Below the pieces are notes generated by a model that did no database searches, was not told the origin of the DNA, and saw only the letters and a list, made by a program, of their open reading frames with translations. Shown here piece by piece: positions 1-11,922 of a DNA stretch of 64,000 bases (within the stretch, counting starts at the first letter, position 1; each line of letters begins with the position of its first letter). The translations under genes and the position numbers were made by a program. The DNA comes from Lophium mytilinum. Its lineage: Eukaryota. The DNA is taken from the NCBI GenBank assembly GCA_010093605.1, contig MU004187.1, positions 1,664,882 through 1,728,881 on the forward strand, read 5' to 3'.

Positions 1-2290
1 AGTTATATTTAATATAGCCCTTCTTACTATAATTATAGTACTTATATATATTAGTATTCTATTAAGTATTACCTTTACTATATCTACTATAGCCTTAACC
101 GCGTTCTTAAGATCTAGTAGTATTTCTACCTTTAAAGGCGTTAAGTTTAGCATTATTTTTAGCATCTAGATATTTATATTTATTAGAATTAATATTAGTT
201 TCTTAGAAGTAATTATTATCTAATTCTTTATTAGCTCTAGAGATAGTATTAAGGCGGCCCTAATAGTCTCTTATTCTCTTATACTAGGAGATTTAATACT
301 TATTAGTAGTAGTAATCTATACTATCTATTTATTAAAATTAGAAGGGGCCTACACTTAGGCGTTAATATAAAACTTAAGGCTAGATTTTAAATCTATACG
401 GGCACATTAATATACTTTAAGATTAGATAGAGCTATATTAAGAGGGTATATATAAGTAGCTCTAATAAGCTTATTAAAGAACTAATAAGTACTAGTTATC
501 TATACTATTTTATTAAAGTAGTATTAGCGTTACTCTAGTATATCCGCGCTCTTATAGTAGCGGCTAAAGGTAGTAAAAAACTAATCTAATATAGTAAACT
601 TAGTATTACCTTAGTAGTACTATTAAATATTTTAGTTCTATTAAATAGCTACAGTTTTAGCTATATAGCTGCTAGCTAGCTAAATCTTTTAAGTTTCTAG
701 TATCTACTAGTAAACCTATTAATAGGCGTCCGCTTATATAGTAATAAAGTTATATATCTAAACTATCTAGATAGAATATATATTATTATTAACTTTATCT
801 AACTATATAGTAGAAGTTCTTATAAGAACTTTAGGTAGCGCTATTAGATAAAATTCTCTTATAGCTAATATTTTTTTAAAGGCTTATTAGAGCTCTTATA
901 TAGTTTATTCTAATAGAGGCTTATTATAGTCTAGTATTAGATAATCTAAGAAAGTATTAAATAATAAACCTTAAAAGTTAGTAGTACTTTAAAAAGTAGG
1001 CTACTACTAGAGGTTATCTAATATATTCTTAATATAGGTATAGTACTTAGAAACTATAGCTTATAGCTATTTTAGTATAGTAGTCTACTACTATTATATA
1101 GAAGAAGCTAATATAAAACTAAAAAGTTTTAGTTTCTAGTAATTTATTATATACTCTATTATAGGGGCTTAAAAGTATTAATAGCTATCTAAAGAAGGCG
1201 TAAATAATAGCTCTTAATAGATAAGCCCTAGATTATAGACTAGAGTACTACTATAAATAATTAGAGAACCTTAAACTAGTAGCTTAATAGGTTCTAGAGT
1301 AGTAGTCTACTTAGCCTATAAGGCTAATATTAAATTAGATAGATTATAAGATATAGTACTAAACTAAGAGAGCCTTTAGAAGAGTTCTTAAAGGTTAAAA
1401 AGTAATTTATTAGAATAATAATATCTATTACTAGATATAAAAGAAAGCTAAGAGTTATAGAATATCTAAGAATAAAAAAGAGTAGAAAAGAGTTAATAAC
1501 TATAATATAATTAAAGTAAAGAGTAAGAAAAGAGTACTAAAATAGTAATATTAAGTTTCTTTCTTAAATACTTTTTAATATCCTATTAGAGAGGGAGAAT
1601 TCTTAAAAGGACTTCTCTGCCTTCTTCTTATAATTAACTTATAAGGATTTCTAATTACTATATAATTATTAGGCTCTATTAAGCTATAATATTATTCTTC
1701 TTACTATTCTACTATTAATCTTACTTTAGTAGCTAATAGAACGCGTAATTAGTTGTATAAAAGTATTAAAAGGAATAGAAAAATTCTATAGTAATATTCT
1801 AGCTAAGGGCTCTTTAGACCTATACTATTTAATTTTTATAAGAATATTTATAATAGGTAGTTATATTATAATACTAGCCTAATACTAATTAGGGGCTATT
1901 ATTAATAGNNNNNNNNNNNNNNNNNNNNNNNNNNNNNNNNNNNNNNNNACTAATTATAGAAGCTAATATCTTCTATTATTACTAAGAGTTAATTATAAGA
2001 ATATAGCTTTAGCTAGCTCTACGCTATTAAGTTTAAGGACCTAATAGCCCTCTAAAAAGGCCTTAGAGGCGGCTAGAACTATAACTAAGCTACTAGATAT
2101 AATATTTTTAATTATATAATATAAGAATTTAGAAAATAATAGATATTAATTCTATATAGAAATCTAGCTAGGCTATATATATATTAGAGAGGCCTATATA
2201 GGCCTTAATTACACTAGATCTATATAGGAAAGCGTTTCTATAGTAGATCTATATATTATGTGCACGACATCTAAATATTAACCGTATATT
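1..2290 (-). mobile_element. RIP-degraded Ty3/Gypsy-like LTR retrotransposon relic (gag region, probable 5' LTR side)
   Basis: Very AT-rich, TpA-rich and CpA/TpG-poor, no ORFs. Minus-strand 40->1 reads TAC TAT AAT TAT AGT AAG AAG GGC TAT ATT AAA TAT AAC T (YYNYSKKGYIKYN), which reverts by transitions alone to C-Y-N-C-G-K-K-G-H-I-K-x-N-(C), a CX2CX4HX4C zinc knuckle. Minus-strand ~740-260 reverts to a Gag-capsid-like pattern (..LKxxLKFYI..APSxFxxW..). Right boundary approximate. Confidence 0.75.
1909..1948. other. Assembly gap (40 N)
   Basis: Run of N inside the AT-rich block. Confidence 0.99.
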
Positions 2291-2589
2291 AAGAATTCCA
2301 CACGTGTTAAACCGACTGTTGGAGACTTCTCCGCTGGCCCAGCTTGGCGCCGATGCCATATATGAACAGCGCAGTGGGAAACTGTGATCTCCTTTTCTGT
2401 AACCCCCTTTGTGTAGTTCCCTTTTTTTGTGAGGCCATCGTCGGTGATGGTAGAAGGTGGTGGCGGCGGCGTCGCGTCCTCTCCGACGTTAAAAGGGGGT
2501 GCGCGGTTTACATCTTCAAACTATGTTGGCTGGGAGCTTGGCCTTCGCGCGTGGCGATGGGCGTTGACAGAAACGCGTTAAGGACGCGT

Positions 2590-3160
2590 TGTTGTAGTGG
2601 GCCGCCGAAAAGCTTCAGGTGCGGTGAAGTGATCGCTGGCAAGTGTAGACAACACCACATCGGCGACCCGACCTACATTCGGTGAAGCGTTGGTGTAGAC
2701 GTCGGAAAGCTTCAAGGCGGTACGCAAGCAGGGGAGATGACTCCGGTGAAGTAATCGCTAGCAAGTTGAGGAAACACCACGTCGGTGAGATGGCCTACGT
2801 TCGGCGACGGGATGTGGAATGGCCTCGGTGAAGCATTGGTGCAGGCGCCGAAAAGCTTCATGATGTTGGAGATGGCTCCATTGGAGTGAACACAAGCAAG
2901 TTGAGAAAGAACCACATCATTGAAACACCTACACTCGGCGACGTGATGGGAAATGGCCTCGGTGAAGCGCTGTTGTGGGCACTGAAAAGCTTCAAGGCGC
3001 AGGAATAGGGGAGATGTCGCTGGTGAAGTGAACACAGGCAAGGAACTCATCCGCAAAACACCTACAACTAGCGGCATGATGCGTTGTTGTGGACGTCGAA
3101 GAGCTTCAGGGTAATGCGCAAGCAGGGGAGATGCCTCCGGTGAAGTGAACCCAAGCAATC
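2590..3160. repeat. Degenerate tandem repeat, about 5 units of ~100-145 bp
   Basis: Anchor GAA(A/G)AGCTTCA recurs near 2607, 2705, 2850, 2985 and 3098, with shared blocks GGGGAGATG, GGTGAAGT, GCAAG and CCTACRYTCGG in most units. Confidence 0.8.
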
Positions 3161-3417
3161 CTCAAAAAACCCCATCAGTGCAACACCAACAACCAGCGAC
3201 GAGAAGCAAAACAGCCTCAGCTCCAGCTCCAGCTCCGGTGACGTGACGCACTCCCACACGTGGGAATCCCCAGCAAACACGATCTGTTGTGAGGTAGACC
3301 CTTCCTTGGTCTACATATGTCCTACTATTTTTCACACCCTCCAATTACTAACAAGGTTCCGCTATGGCGAAGTGCGGTCCGCGTCTGGTGACGTTGCGAG
3401 GCAAAAACCCCAAATGG

Positions 3418-3478
3418 GTCCGAGAGTCCAGTGATTGCGATGACATGAGGGCTATGGGTTCGATTCCCAGGCTCGGCA
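3418..3478 (+). pseudogene. tRNA-like remnant (T-arm/B-box plus partial acceptor stem)
   Basis: TGGG-TTCGATT-CCCA T-arm at 3455-3469, then GCTCGGC-A; upstream CCGAG can pair with CTCGG; too short for a full cloverleaf. Confidence 0.35.
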
Positions 3479-3663
3479 ACAGTGGCGGTGCAATATACCT
3501 ATATGGATTGTGCCAAGAGTGCTCAGGCTGGGGGGCGCTCGTGTGTAAGTTGAATTTCTTTTTTTTCTTTTTTGGCTTTCTTTTTGCGTGTTGAGGGCGC
3601 TTGCTTTAGGGTTTAGAGGTGCGGGAGGCTGATGGGGTGGGTTGGGGGGAAGATGGAAGGGGC

Positions 3664-5431
3664 TCAGGCTGTGAGCTTGACATTACACCCCGACCTCACT
3701 GACATTGAGAGGACCAGCTTCTCTGCCCACATAGAACTATCGCCTGGCTGCACATCTTTGAAAGATTGCAAAAGTCGGACGGTGGTGTAGAGCGCCTCGG
3801 TGAGGGCGTGTTGTTGGCCGATGCACGTGCGCGGCCCGCCGGAAAAGGGGAGGTACTCCCAACTGTGGAACAGCGCAACTATTTAGCCTTCACTAAGACC
3901 AAGAGGCATAGGTCAACTATGTATCACTAACCTGGTCCTAAGGTTCTCCCACCTCTCTGGGCGAAACTTATCAGCGTCGTCGCCGTAGATATCTTTGCGC
4001 CGGTGCATCGAGTAGGGGAAATGTAGCACTCGCGCGCCTTTGGAGAGGAAGATAGGGGATCGCCCGTCATTACCGCCACCGACGGGGAGTACGGTGTCTT
4101 TGAGCGTAATGCGGGAGTTGACCGGGATGACGGGGTAGAGCCTTTGAACTAGAGGTCTCGCGTTAGATTATCAGGTTCTCAAGTCGAGGATAGGATAGGT
4201 TAGTATACATGAATGTAATCTTACTTTCTCTCATGGTCCAATTCAGATACTTCAAACCTTTGACTTCTTCGAAGCTAGGTAGTTTTGTCCCGAAACTCGA
4301 TAAGACTTCATTTCGGAGCTTAGAAAACACATCGGGTCGACGTGCAAGGGTGAACCACAATACCGTCAGCAGACTAGATGTCGTGCCGCCTCCCGCAACG
4401 ATAACAGCCATCAGTTCCGCAGCAATTCGCTTCTCATCATACCTACTCCTCGCAAGGTGCGGCAGAAACACGTATCGTGCGACTACCCCGTCGTCTTCTA
4501 CACCCGTGATTGTCCCCTTACCAATTTCCTGTAACGCGATGGCTCGTCGAACAAAGATATTGACAAACGCTTTCATATCCCTAATACACCGATGGAACTT
4601 TGGGTCCGGAATCAGTGTCGCCAGCCACCCAATACCCATACGAAACGACGGCTCTTCACACGCATACGTGAATGCGTCCATAAATCTCCTTGCCTCCACT
4701 CGTGGCGTCCCGCTCAGCAGATTCGTGCTCTCGCCAAGCATCAGTTCAGTTGCCGAATCCATCGTCAACTCGCTGAACAGCGGTTGGAGGTCCACCACTT
4801 CTCCATTCTTGGGGATCTTCGCGATGAGTTGGCGCACATGCACCTCGAGCCTGGACATGTCGCTAATCTGGCTGCGGACGAAATTCGGCCTCAGCAACGC
4901 TCGCGAAGCTTGCCACTGAGCACCGTCGAGGGTAAATATCCCTGGGCCGAAGATAGCAAGTGCATCTTTGCGTGTCTGGGACTGGCCATAGTCTTCGTAG
5001 CGGGTGGCGAATATGGTTTTTACATTCTCAGGCTCGATGGTGTAGATCACACGGGAGCCGAGGAAGTTGGTAGAGTAGGTGTATACGCCACCTTGGATAC
5101 GCTTGAAGGTGTCGTCGAGGTGGTTCATCAAGTTTCCGCGGTGTAGATCACGGAGACAGAGGAAGAGCGAGTCGAGGCCGAAGATGGGATCAATGTGGGG
5201 GTATGATGGAGGTGCTTTGCATCCTTCCCCGCCTGCGCGTGCGTGTGGCCGGAAGTGGGATAAAGTCAAAGTAAGAAAGATGGTTAAAATCAATAAGCCT
5301 ATTGGCACAGAGTAGAGGATGAAATAGACTTCTGACTGATGAAAGTTGGCTGTTTTGCCGATGCCCTCCGCCATAGTAGCATGTTCTAGCGGGCATGAAC
5401 GGTTCAAATAAGCGTTCTTGATGTGGGCCAT
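3664..5431 (-). CDS. Cytochrome P450, CYP52-like (alkane/fatty-acid hydroxylase clan), 3 exons
   Basis: N-terminal TM anchor, DPIFGLD, EPENVKTI, GIFTLDGAQW..SRALLRPNF; after splicing two introns (~4224-4149, ~3931-3863): EIQR (ExxR), FRPERW and heme motif PFSGGPRTCIG; stop TGA at 3664-3666. Alternative start at 5374. Confidence 0.93.
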
Positions 5432-6617
5432 CGGCAAGGTATATGCTAGAGAAAAGACACTTATATGGGAATATTGGCTGCGCAATATGCCTACCTGAGA
5501 TGGTGCTTACAGACCAAGGTCTCGACCTCGAGGGTTGGCGAGGGGCGAGGCATATGGGTGGCCTTAAGGGATGATCTTGTGTTGCTAGAGTACCTTATAG
5601 GCAGCATTAATGCCCCCATTAGACAGAGATCTACAGAGCGCGGTCGACTTGGCTATTGACGCTTACATCGTTGTGTAGATTGAGCAGAAGGGAAAAGACA
5701 AGTCAGACAGGTCCGACAGGGAAGAATATGCCAGGGATGCTGGTAGGGCACTACGGTGGACGGTTTCCGATACCCTGAAAATCGGGCCGGCAATACAAAC
5801 CTAATCCACCGCCATAAAACTCTACGAAGTACTCCTAGATAACCTTCCAAAATTTAGCTTCATAAATATTGGGTCTGATACACGATGTCTGGAATTCCTA
5901 TTTTACATCACTATTGAAACGCACCAACATCTAGATTGGCATCATAGGCAGCTTGATATTTTAGTACGATTTGAATGTCTCATGCCGCGAGCCGGAAACC
6001 AGACTTCAACATTTGGAGTGACTACTTGAGGTTGTCTTGATGCATCATGTTCAGTTGATGGAGTCTGTTCTCGGCGCTTTCTAGCTTCCAACCTTTCTTC
6101 TCACGAGAAGTTGAACTGTATTTTGCAGTATTGCATTTCAATCTCTGGGGTAGGAGCTACCTATATGCCTCTGTATGATGCTGGGTGATGCTCGTAATGG
6201 ATGCCAAGACTGAAGTTACAATGAATACCTATCTACTTCACACGTGCATGCTCAACTCTCTCTCCTCCCTCCATTTTGCAAGCAGCAAACCCCACGACCC
6301 AGCTTATTCAAAGCCGCCTGTCCAACTGACCTTTTGCCTAGCCCAGCCCACCCTTCGTGCTTATCAACCGGAATGAACCTCTACCACAAGAGGAGAATGA
6401 AATTGACTGGCGTATGCCGATCGCCGGGGATGAAAAAGGTATTGCAAAGCTGCCGAGACGCCGAAACCACAGTATACTGAACAAAAGAAAAGTGAAGAGG
6501 GATGTGGTATCAGGGGGAAGATGAAGGTAGGGGAACCCGGCGTGCTTAACCAAGATTTCAAGCACACGTAAATCAGAGGAAAGCAAAAAGATCGGACCAA
6601 GATGTGGTTGTTGGGGA

Positions 6618-8096
6618 CTACAAAAAGTAGGGGGAGAAGTACGGAATGGACGCCCTATTCACATGTTAGTATCTCCAGGTACTCGTTAGGAGATGGGCAG
6701 GAAAGTCTTACCCAAGCGCAGCCAATGCAATGGTACCGAACAACGCTTTCCTCGTGACGGTATCTTTCTTGGCCTGTTCTTCGAGCTTCTTCACTTTCTT
6801 CGTTGGTTGTGCGATGGCGGCAGCTTCCTCCTCATCGACCTCAACTTCCTCCACCTTGCGCTTTGAGGACTTGATGCCGTTGACTTGTTTTGCGTCTAGC
6901 TTGTTCGCCTCCTCGACCATCGCCTGGGCCTTCGCAATCATCTCCTCGGGGCTTTCGGGAAGGGGTAGCTGGGGCGAGTTCGCGGGAAAGTCGAACTTGA
7001 GAGCTGTGGTGGCCAATTCGGTCCCCTCGCCGTTCGTTTCGACGGTGTTCGTCACCTCGAGCTTCGCGACATCTTCATCCACAGACTCTGAAATGACAGA
7101 CTCGGTTGTGCCATTTTCTAGAACGTTTGATAGGTTGCTGGTCGCTGACTCGCTCTTGGTCGTGTCCGCCTTGGCTGAGCTCCTCGTGCTCCTTGATTTG
7201 CGCGGGCTTGCCATCTTCCTGCTCGGCGTGGCGATCTTGCTGGGCGAGACTGAGCGCGAGGCTCTGCTACGCAACGAGCGCGCTGCTGATGACGGAGGAA
7301 GTAGGGATCCCTTGCTGGGGACGACGAATTTTGGTGGGGTCATGATCTGGTTGATGGACTTGTCTTTGCTGCCTTTCTCGATTGGTTCGGAGCTGAGCAG
7401 GGCGTCGATCCAGAGGCGCAGGCCGTATTCATCGGAGAGTTCGAGGGCTTTGGGGGTGCGTGTTAGTTGGTGAATGCTGCATTCCTCGCGTAACCGCGGG
7501 TGGCGGCAGACGTACCTTCGTCGGGCGCAATCCATACACTGCCAGCCACCTCTTCAGAGCCGACGGCAGACGACATCTCCTTGTGGTGCTTGCGCTCGGC
7601 TTCCTCTTCTAGCGATGAAGCCCATGGGAAGGCGGCCTTGAACATGCCCGTCGCGCTGATGAAACCATCACTACTCCGTCGCTATCATCTTGTCAGCATC
7701 ACATATCCATCAGCAAATCGCTTGCGCTCCGTCGTACCATCAGGAAGTATGATTCCGGCCAGGTCCCTTGCTTTGCGACGAGAAAGATGCCGGAGCCACT
7801 GAGGTCTTTCGGCAAGGGTACCCGCAGATGCGCATAGTCGAAGGTGCCCAGATTCGCAGGCTTCGAAGCATTCGCAATGCCAATCTGTCCTGCCTTGACG
7901 GACAGATTCGTCTGGCCTAAGCGCCGGCGCTCGACCAGTATCTCATCTGCGATGGTTAGTGATGGATTTCGCCAGGCGCATTGGGCTACGTGTACGTACG
8001 GCCAGGTGAGTGTTCCTCATCGATGAGAGGGTTGCGCTTAGACGGCAGCGATCGCTTGGACGCAGCCTCCTCGGCGAGTGCTTTCTTGGAGACCAT
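6618..8096 (-). CDS. BQT4: KilA-N/APSES-like inner nuclear membrane protein, Bqt4-like, multi-exon
   Basis: Spliced product has LVERRRLGQT..FDYAHLRVPLP..PESYFLM|RRSSDGFISATGMFKAAFPWA..AGSVWIAPDE|ALELSDEYGLRLWIDALL, an S/P/K-rich linker and a C-terminal hydrophobic tail (ALFGTIALAALG|ASIPYF). Confidence 0.8.
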
Positions 8097-9516
8097 GTTG
8101 ATTCGCGGGGATGGAAGTGGTGAGGTAGGGATGAAGTTCTCGTGTGAGGTGGTTCGGAAACGGGAGGCGGGAACGCGCGCAGACTTCAGCGACCGGCTCG
8201 ACGGGGCAGACGGAGCGGCGAGAGAGCGATGCTGAAAGGATCGGGCAGAGGCAGAGTATGATACACAGAATAAGCTCTACAGCAGCGGACGACAGGCTGG
8301 AGAGAGAGTCGCAGAGGCTCGCAGTGAAGAGTGGAGCGCTCGGACAGCTGTCTGGGAGGAATATCCATGCGACGCTAGAGAGTAATCGAGTGGCTGGCAG
8401 GGGCTGGAGGCTGGGCTCTTTCCCCAGATTTCACTTCACTTCAAGCCCCAGTGAAATTTTGCACTCCTCATCCGGCCGCCGAATGGTCTTAAATTCCCAA
8501 CTGGGAATTCAATCTCGGCTTCGGGCCAGAACGAGCACAGTGGACAAAGCTTGGTGGAGGCGCTCGTCGCCTGCCCTGCCAAGTATTCTGGAAGACCTCC
8601 CTTGCCGCCGGGAAAACACGCGAACATGTGGAGAGCGGATGCTGCCCATTGCGCATTTAAACTCGTCTACCCATGGTATATGTTGGGTATATCGAATAGA
8701 CACCATTCGTGATCGAGAGCTCTCTAATTGTGTTCGACTTCAGTCCGGTAAGATTAGACTCTTTACAACGATTCAGGCCGCTTCAACATACTACCAAAGA
8801 TAATACAACGATGACCCATACCAGCTCGAACGATATGTGGACTTGCGATTTCAACTAAAGTGGTGTCGCCTCCGAATGAAGAAGCATACTTCGGGACTAC
8901 CCTCTCTTTGTAGCTATGTCGAAGGTAACGCCGGCGCTTGATATAGATGTATTTAGGTTTTCGACGCGATACAATATTTGAATGAAACTCCAGAGATGGT
9001 GGGACTTCCCTTAGATTTGACCTTCTGAGTGTGAATAGAAAGACACTGACGTAAAAGCACATCCATGATCCCGGCGTCGTTCGCTGTGCTGTCTCCAGGA
9101 GGAGCTACGGGACGGGCCTTGCGGCTGTGATTGGCGGGAGTGCTTGTCTTAGCCGTCTCAAGATTTCCAACATGGCCACTATATATGCTCTGTTTATACC
9201 CCGCCCAAGAGCAGTGATAGGACCTCCCGCAGATGCTTCACACTCTGTTTCAAAATCCGAAATACACGTCAGCATGAAGGAAGGAGGGCTGGAAATGCTC
9301 ACGGGCCATTCCCTGAAACGGCCTAGTTATGCTTCACCGCCTAGCTGCACATGTGTTTTATGAACCCTTGGTGCCCCACTTGTCAGTCAACGGCTTTCTG
9401 CAACACCACAGCATTCCCCTCCTCTGTCCAAACACGCCTGGTCGTACAAGACTGTCATACCAGTCCCCACACCGCTTTACATCCTAAAACAATCATCATC
9501 ACCAATAGTTTCGATT

Positions 9517-10481
9517 ATGGCCGACCACCACGACGAGCTCCAGCCCGAGCAGACCGCGGGGTTCAAGGTGGGCGAGTCCAAGACCATTGACGAGTACCAC
9601 AAGCTAGGTGAGTAGCATGGAGAGGCGCTGAGTCGACCTTGTTCTTCCATTTCAGCTTCACCATATATGCTCTGGATAATCCCCCGCTCCATGCTGTCCA
9701 GCAGGCTGAGAGGCTGCATCGCGGGGACCCAGTCTCCCCACCAACCACTGTTTACCAAAAAGTCCTGCTGAAAGCCTCTCGGACTTCACGATCCTTTGGG
9801 TTGCAAATTATAGAAACATTTCGCCATTTATCTGCTATATATCCCAGCCTAATCAAATCCCGTAGACCAGAACGACGAGTCCCTCAAGAAGTGGAAAGAG
9901 TCCCTTGGCCTCGGCGCCGGCAAGGACATCTCCAACCCCAATGACCCCCGCAAGTGCATCATCATTTCCCTCGGTCTGGAAGTCGAAGGCCGCCCGGACA
10001 TTATCATTGACCTAAAGGCACCCGGCGCCATCGAGGCACTCAAGGACAAGCCCTTCTCTATCAAGGAGGGCGCCGACTTCCGCATGAAAGCTATCTTCCA
10101 GGTGCAACACCAGATTCTTTCGGGCATGAAATACCTCCAGGTTGTCAAGCGGAAGGGCATAACGGTCAACAAGCTTCAGGAGATGATTGTGTGTTAGACT
10201 TCTCTGGAGAGCTGAGGCTGGCATGCTGACAGACAACAGGGCTCTTACAGCCCAAACACTGAGGAGAAGCCTTCCTATGAGAAGAAGTGTAGGTTCTAGT
10301 TCCGTGTTTCGCAGAGTTGATTCGGCCTGGCTAATGCTTTCCCTTCCTAGTCGAGACAGAGAGTGCTCCTAGCGGCATGATTGCCCGTGGCCATTACACC
10401 GCCATATCCAAGTTCGTCGACGACGACAATGAGACGCATCTGAAGTTCGAGTGGGCCTTTGACATCAAGAAAGACTGGTAG
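9517..10481 (+). CDS. RDI1: Rho GDP-dissociation inhibitor, 4 exons
   Basis: GFKVGESKTIDEYHKL|DQNDESLKKWKESLGL..KPFSIKEG..GMKYLQVVKRKG..GSYSPN..APSGMIARGHY..SKFVDDD..FEWAFDIKKDW*. Confidence 0.95.
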
Positions 10482-10801
10482 GATCATCTGAAGGCTGGCC
10501 TGCGCCATTTTGGAGCGTTCTAGCGGAGCGAATGCGGACATGCCCATGAGAGATGACGTGATGTTCATGTGGGAGGTTTGATGGTCGACACCGGTGTTCA
10601 GGTTAAGGGGTTTACTTCATAAAATGGTTGTTGCTTACGGCACAGGTTGGACTATACGGGCACGAGTAGAAGCAGATCGAGATTGGAATGCCACACTTTT
10701 CACAGCATTTATATAAGCGTTGGGGTGCTCTTGCATATTTGTACACTCTCTCTGATGATTCCATTTGAAGCCATTCCAACTAGGAGCACTTGATTCTGAA
10801 C

Positions 10802-11641
10802 CTACCTCTCATCCATACGCTCCCCGTCCTCTTCCGGGATCTCCATCCCACCCTCAACAACTTCAAACCTAAACCACCTCTCCGCAACCGTCCTAATCTT
10901 CACCGTCCGCCCCGCCCATCCCCTTTCGCCACTACCCGCCCCGAGCCTGCGCATCGTGGTATTCAAGATCGGAACCTCCTGTTCCCACGGATCCTCATCC
11001 CTCTCAGCTCGGCCACCCTCTTCCGTGCTATCCTCCCGCCCTCCCACACCTCCATCTTCTCCACCATCCATATCCGCATCACCACCCTCAATACCCGCCT
11101 CTTCCGCGCCCACTCTTATAGATTTCTTCCCACCACACTCCACAACCACCAACCTCTCCCCCGCCCTCCCCGCCGCCTCCACCGCAGCCGCGAAACACCT
11201 CCCAAGCCCTTGCGCCGAGAACGAAGGGGTGTGCGAGTGCAGCGCTAATGGGTCGACGAGATACAGTTTTCGCGTGCTTCCAGCTTCTGCGCCTCTGATG
11301 GTCCTCTTCTTCTCCCCATTGTCGGCTTCTGCTGCTGTATCCGCTACGCCCTTCGTTCCCTTATACACGCTCAACCACCCCAACAAGCTCGCCACGCTCG
11401 GACAGAACACGAGCTTGACCTGCGAAGACGTCGCGAGGGTATGCAACGTCGGAGTCAAGGTGTCTGGATAAGTAGAGCTCGGGGTACTGGTTGCGTGGAG
11501 GAGGTGGGCGAGGAAGGCCAGGCGCGTGGAGCAGATCACTAGTGTCGCGGGCGCGGGTGGCTGCGAGGCGAGGACGCGGTTTAGGAGGGCGGGAGTCGTG
11601 AGGGGGTGGAGGATAGTTGATTGGGAAGGTTGCGGTGGCAT
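10802..11641 (-). CDS. Hypothetical protein, possible degenerate RecA-fold (SWSAP1/Shu-like)
   Basis: Intronless 279-aa ORF with alternating beta/alpha pattern: LVICSTR, VKLVFCPSVASLLGWL, LYLVDPL, SAQGLGR, VPILN, WAGRTV..ERWF. The gene call is stronger than the function call. Confidence 0.8.
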   Translation of the reverse strand: MPPQPSQSTILHPLTTPALLNRVLASQPPAPATLVICSTRLAFLAHLLHATSTPSSTYPDTLTPTLHTLATSSQVKLVFCPSVASLLGWLSVYKGTKGVADTAAEADNGEKKRTIRGAEAGSTRKLYLVDPLALHSHTPSFSAQGLGRCFAAAVEAAGRAGERLVVVECGGKKSIRVGAEEAGIEGGDADMDGGEDGGVGGREDSTEEGGRAERDEDPWEQEVPILNTTMRRLGAGSGERGWAGRTVKIRTVAERWFRFEVVEGGMEIPEEDGERMDER

Positions 11642-11922
11642 TGTGAATCAGATCTCAGGGCTGGGGATGGGAGGACGAGATTTTTGTGAGGAGGGTTGGA
11701 GACATTGTCGCGGAGGCTCGAATTGTAGATTCGCGAGGTTCTAATAGCGAAGAATGGTTTGTGGCATGTACTAGATGGTCCCGGGGGTCGTTGAAGGTTG
11801 AAGAGGGATCGCAGATCACGACTCCGGAGATCTCCACCTGCATTTATCCCACCTCAACGTCACCCCGCCAAAACGACGACCTCTATCCCTACATTCGCCG
11901 ACTCGGCGCCCACGATTGCGCG

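Noticed and set aside
350..580. Plus-strand ankyrin-like words in the RIP block (GVNI, ALIVAAKG)
   Set aside because: No 33-aa periodicity; the minus strand gives a more coherent Gag plus zinc-knuckle reading.
2590..3160. CRISPR-like appearance of spaced repeats
   Set aside because: Eukaryotic context, degenerate repeats, inter-anchor sequences related to each other, no cas genes.
3605..3620. TTAGGG telomere-like word
   Set aside because: Single copy, not an array.
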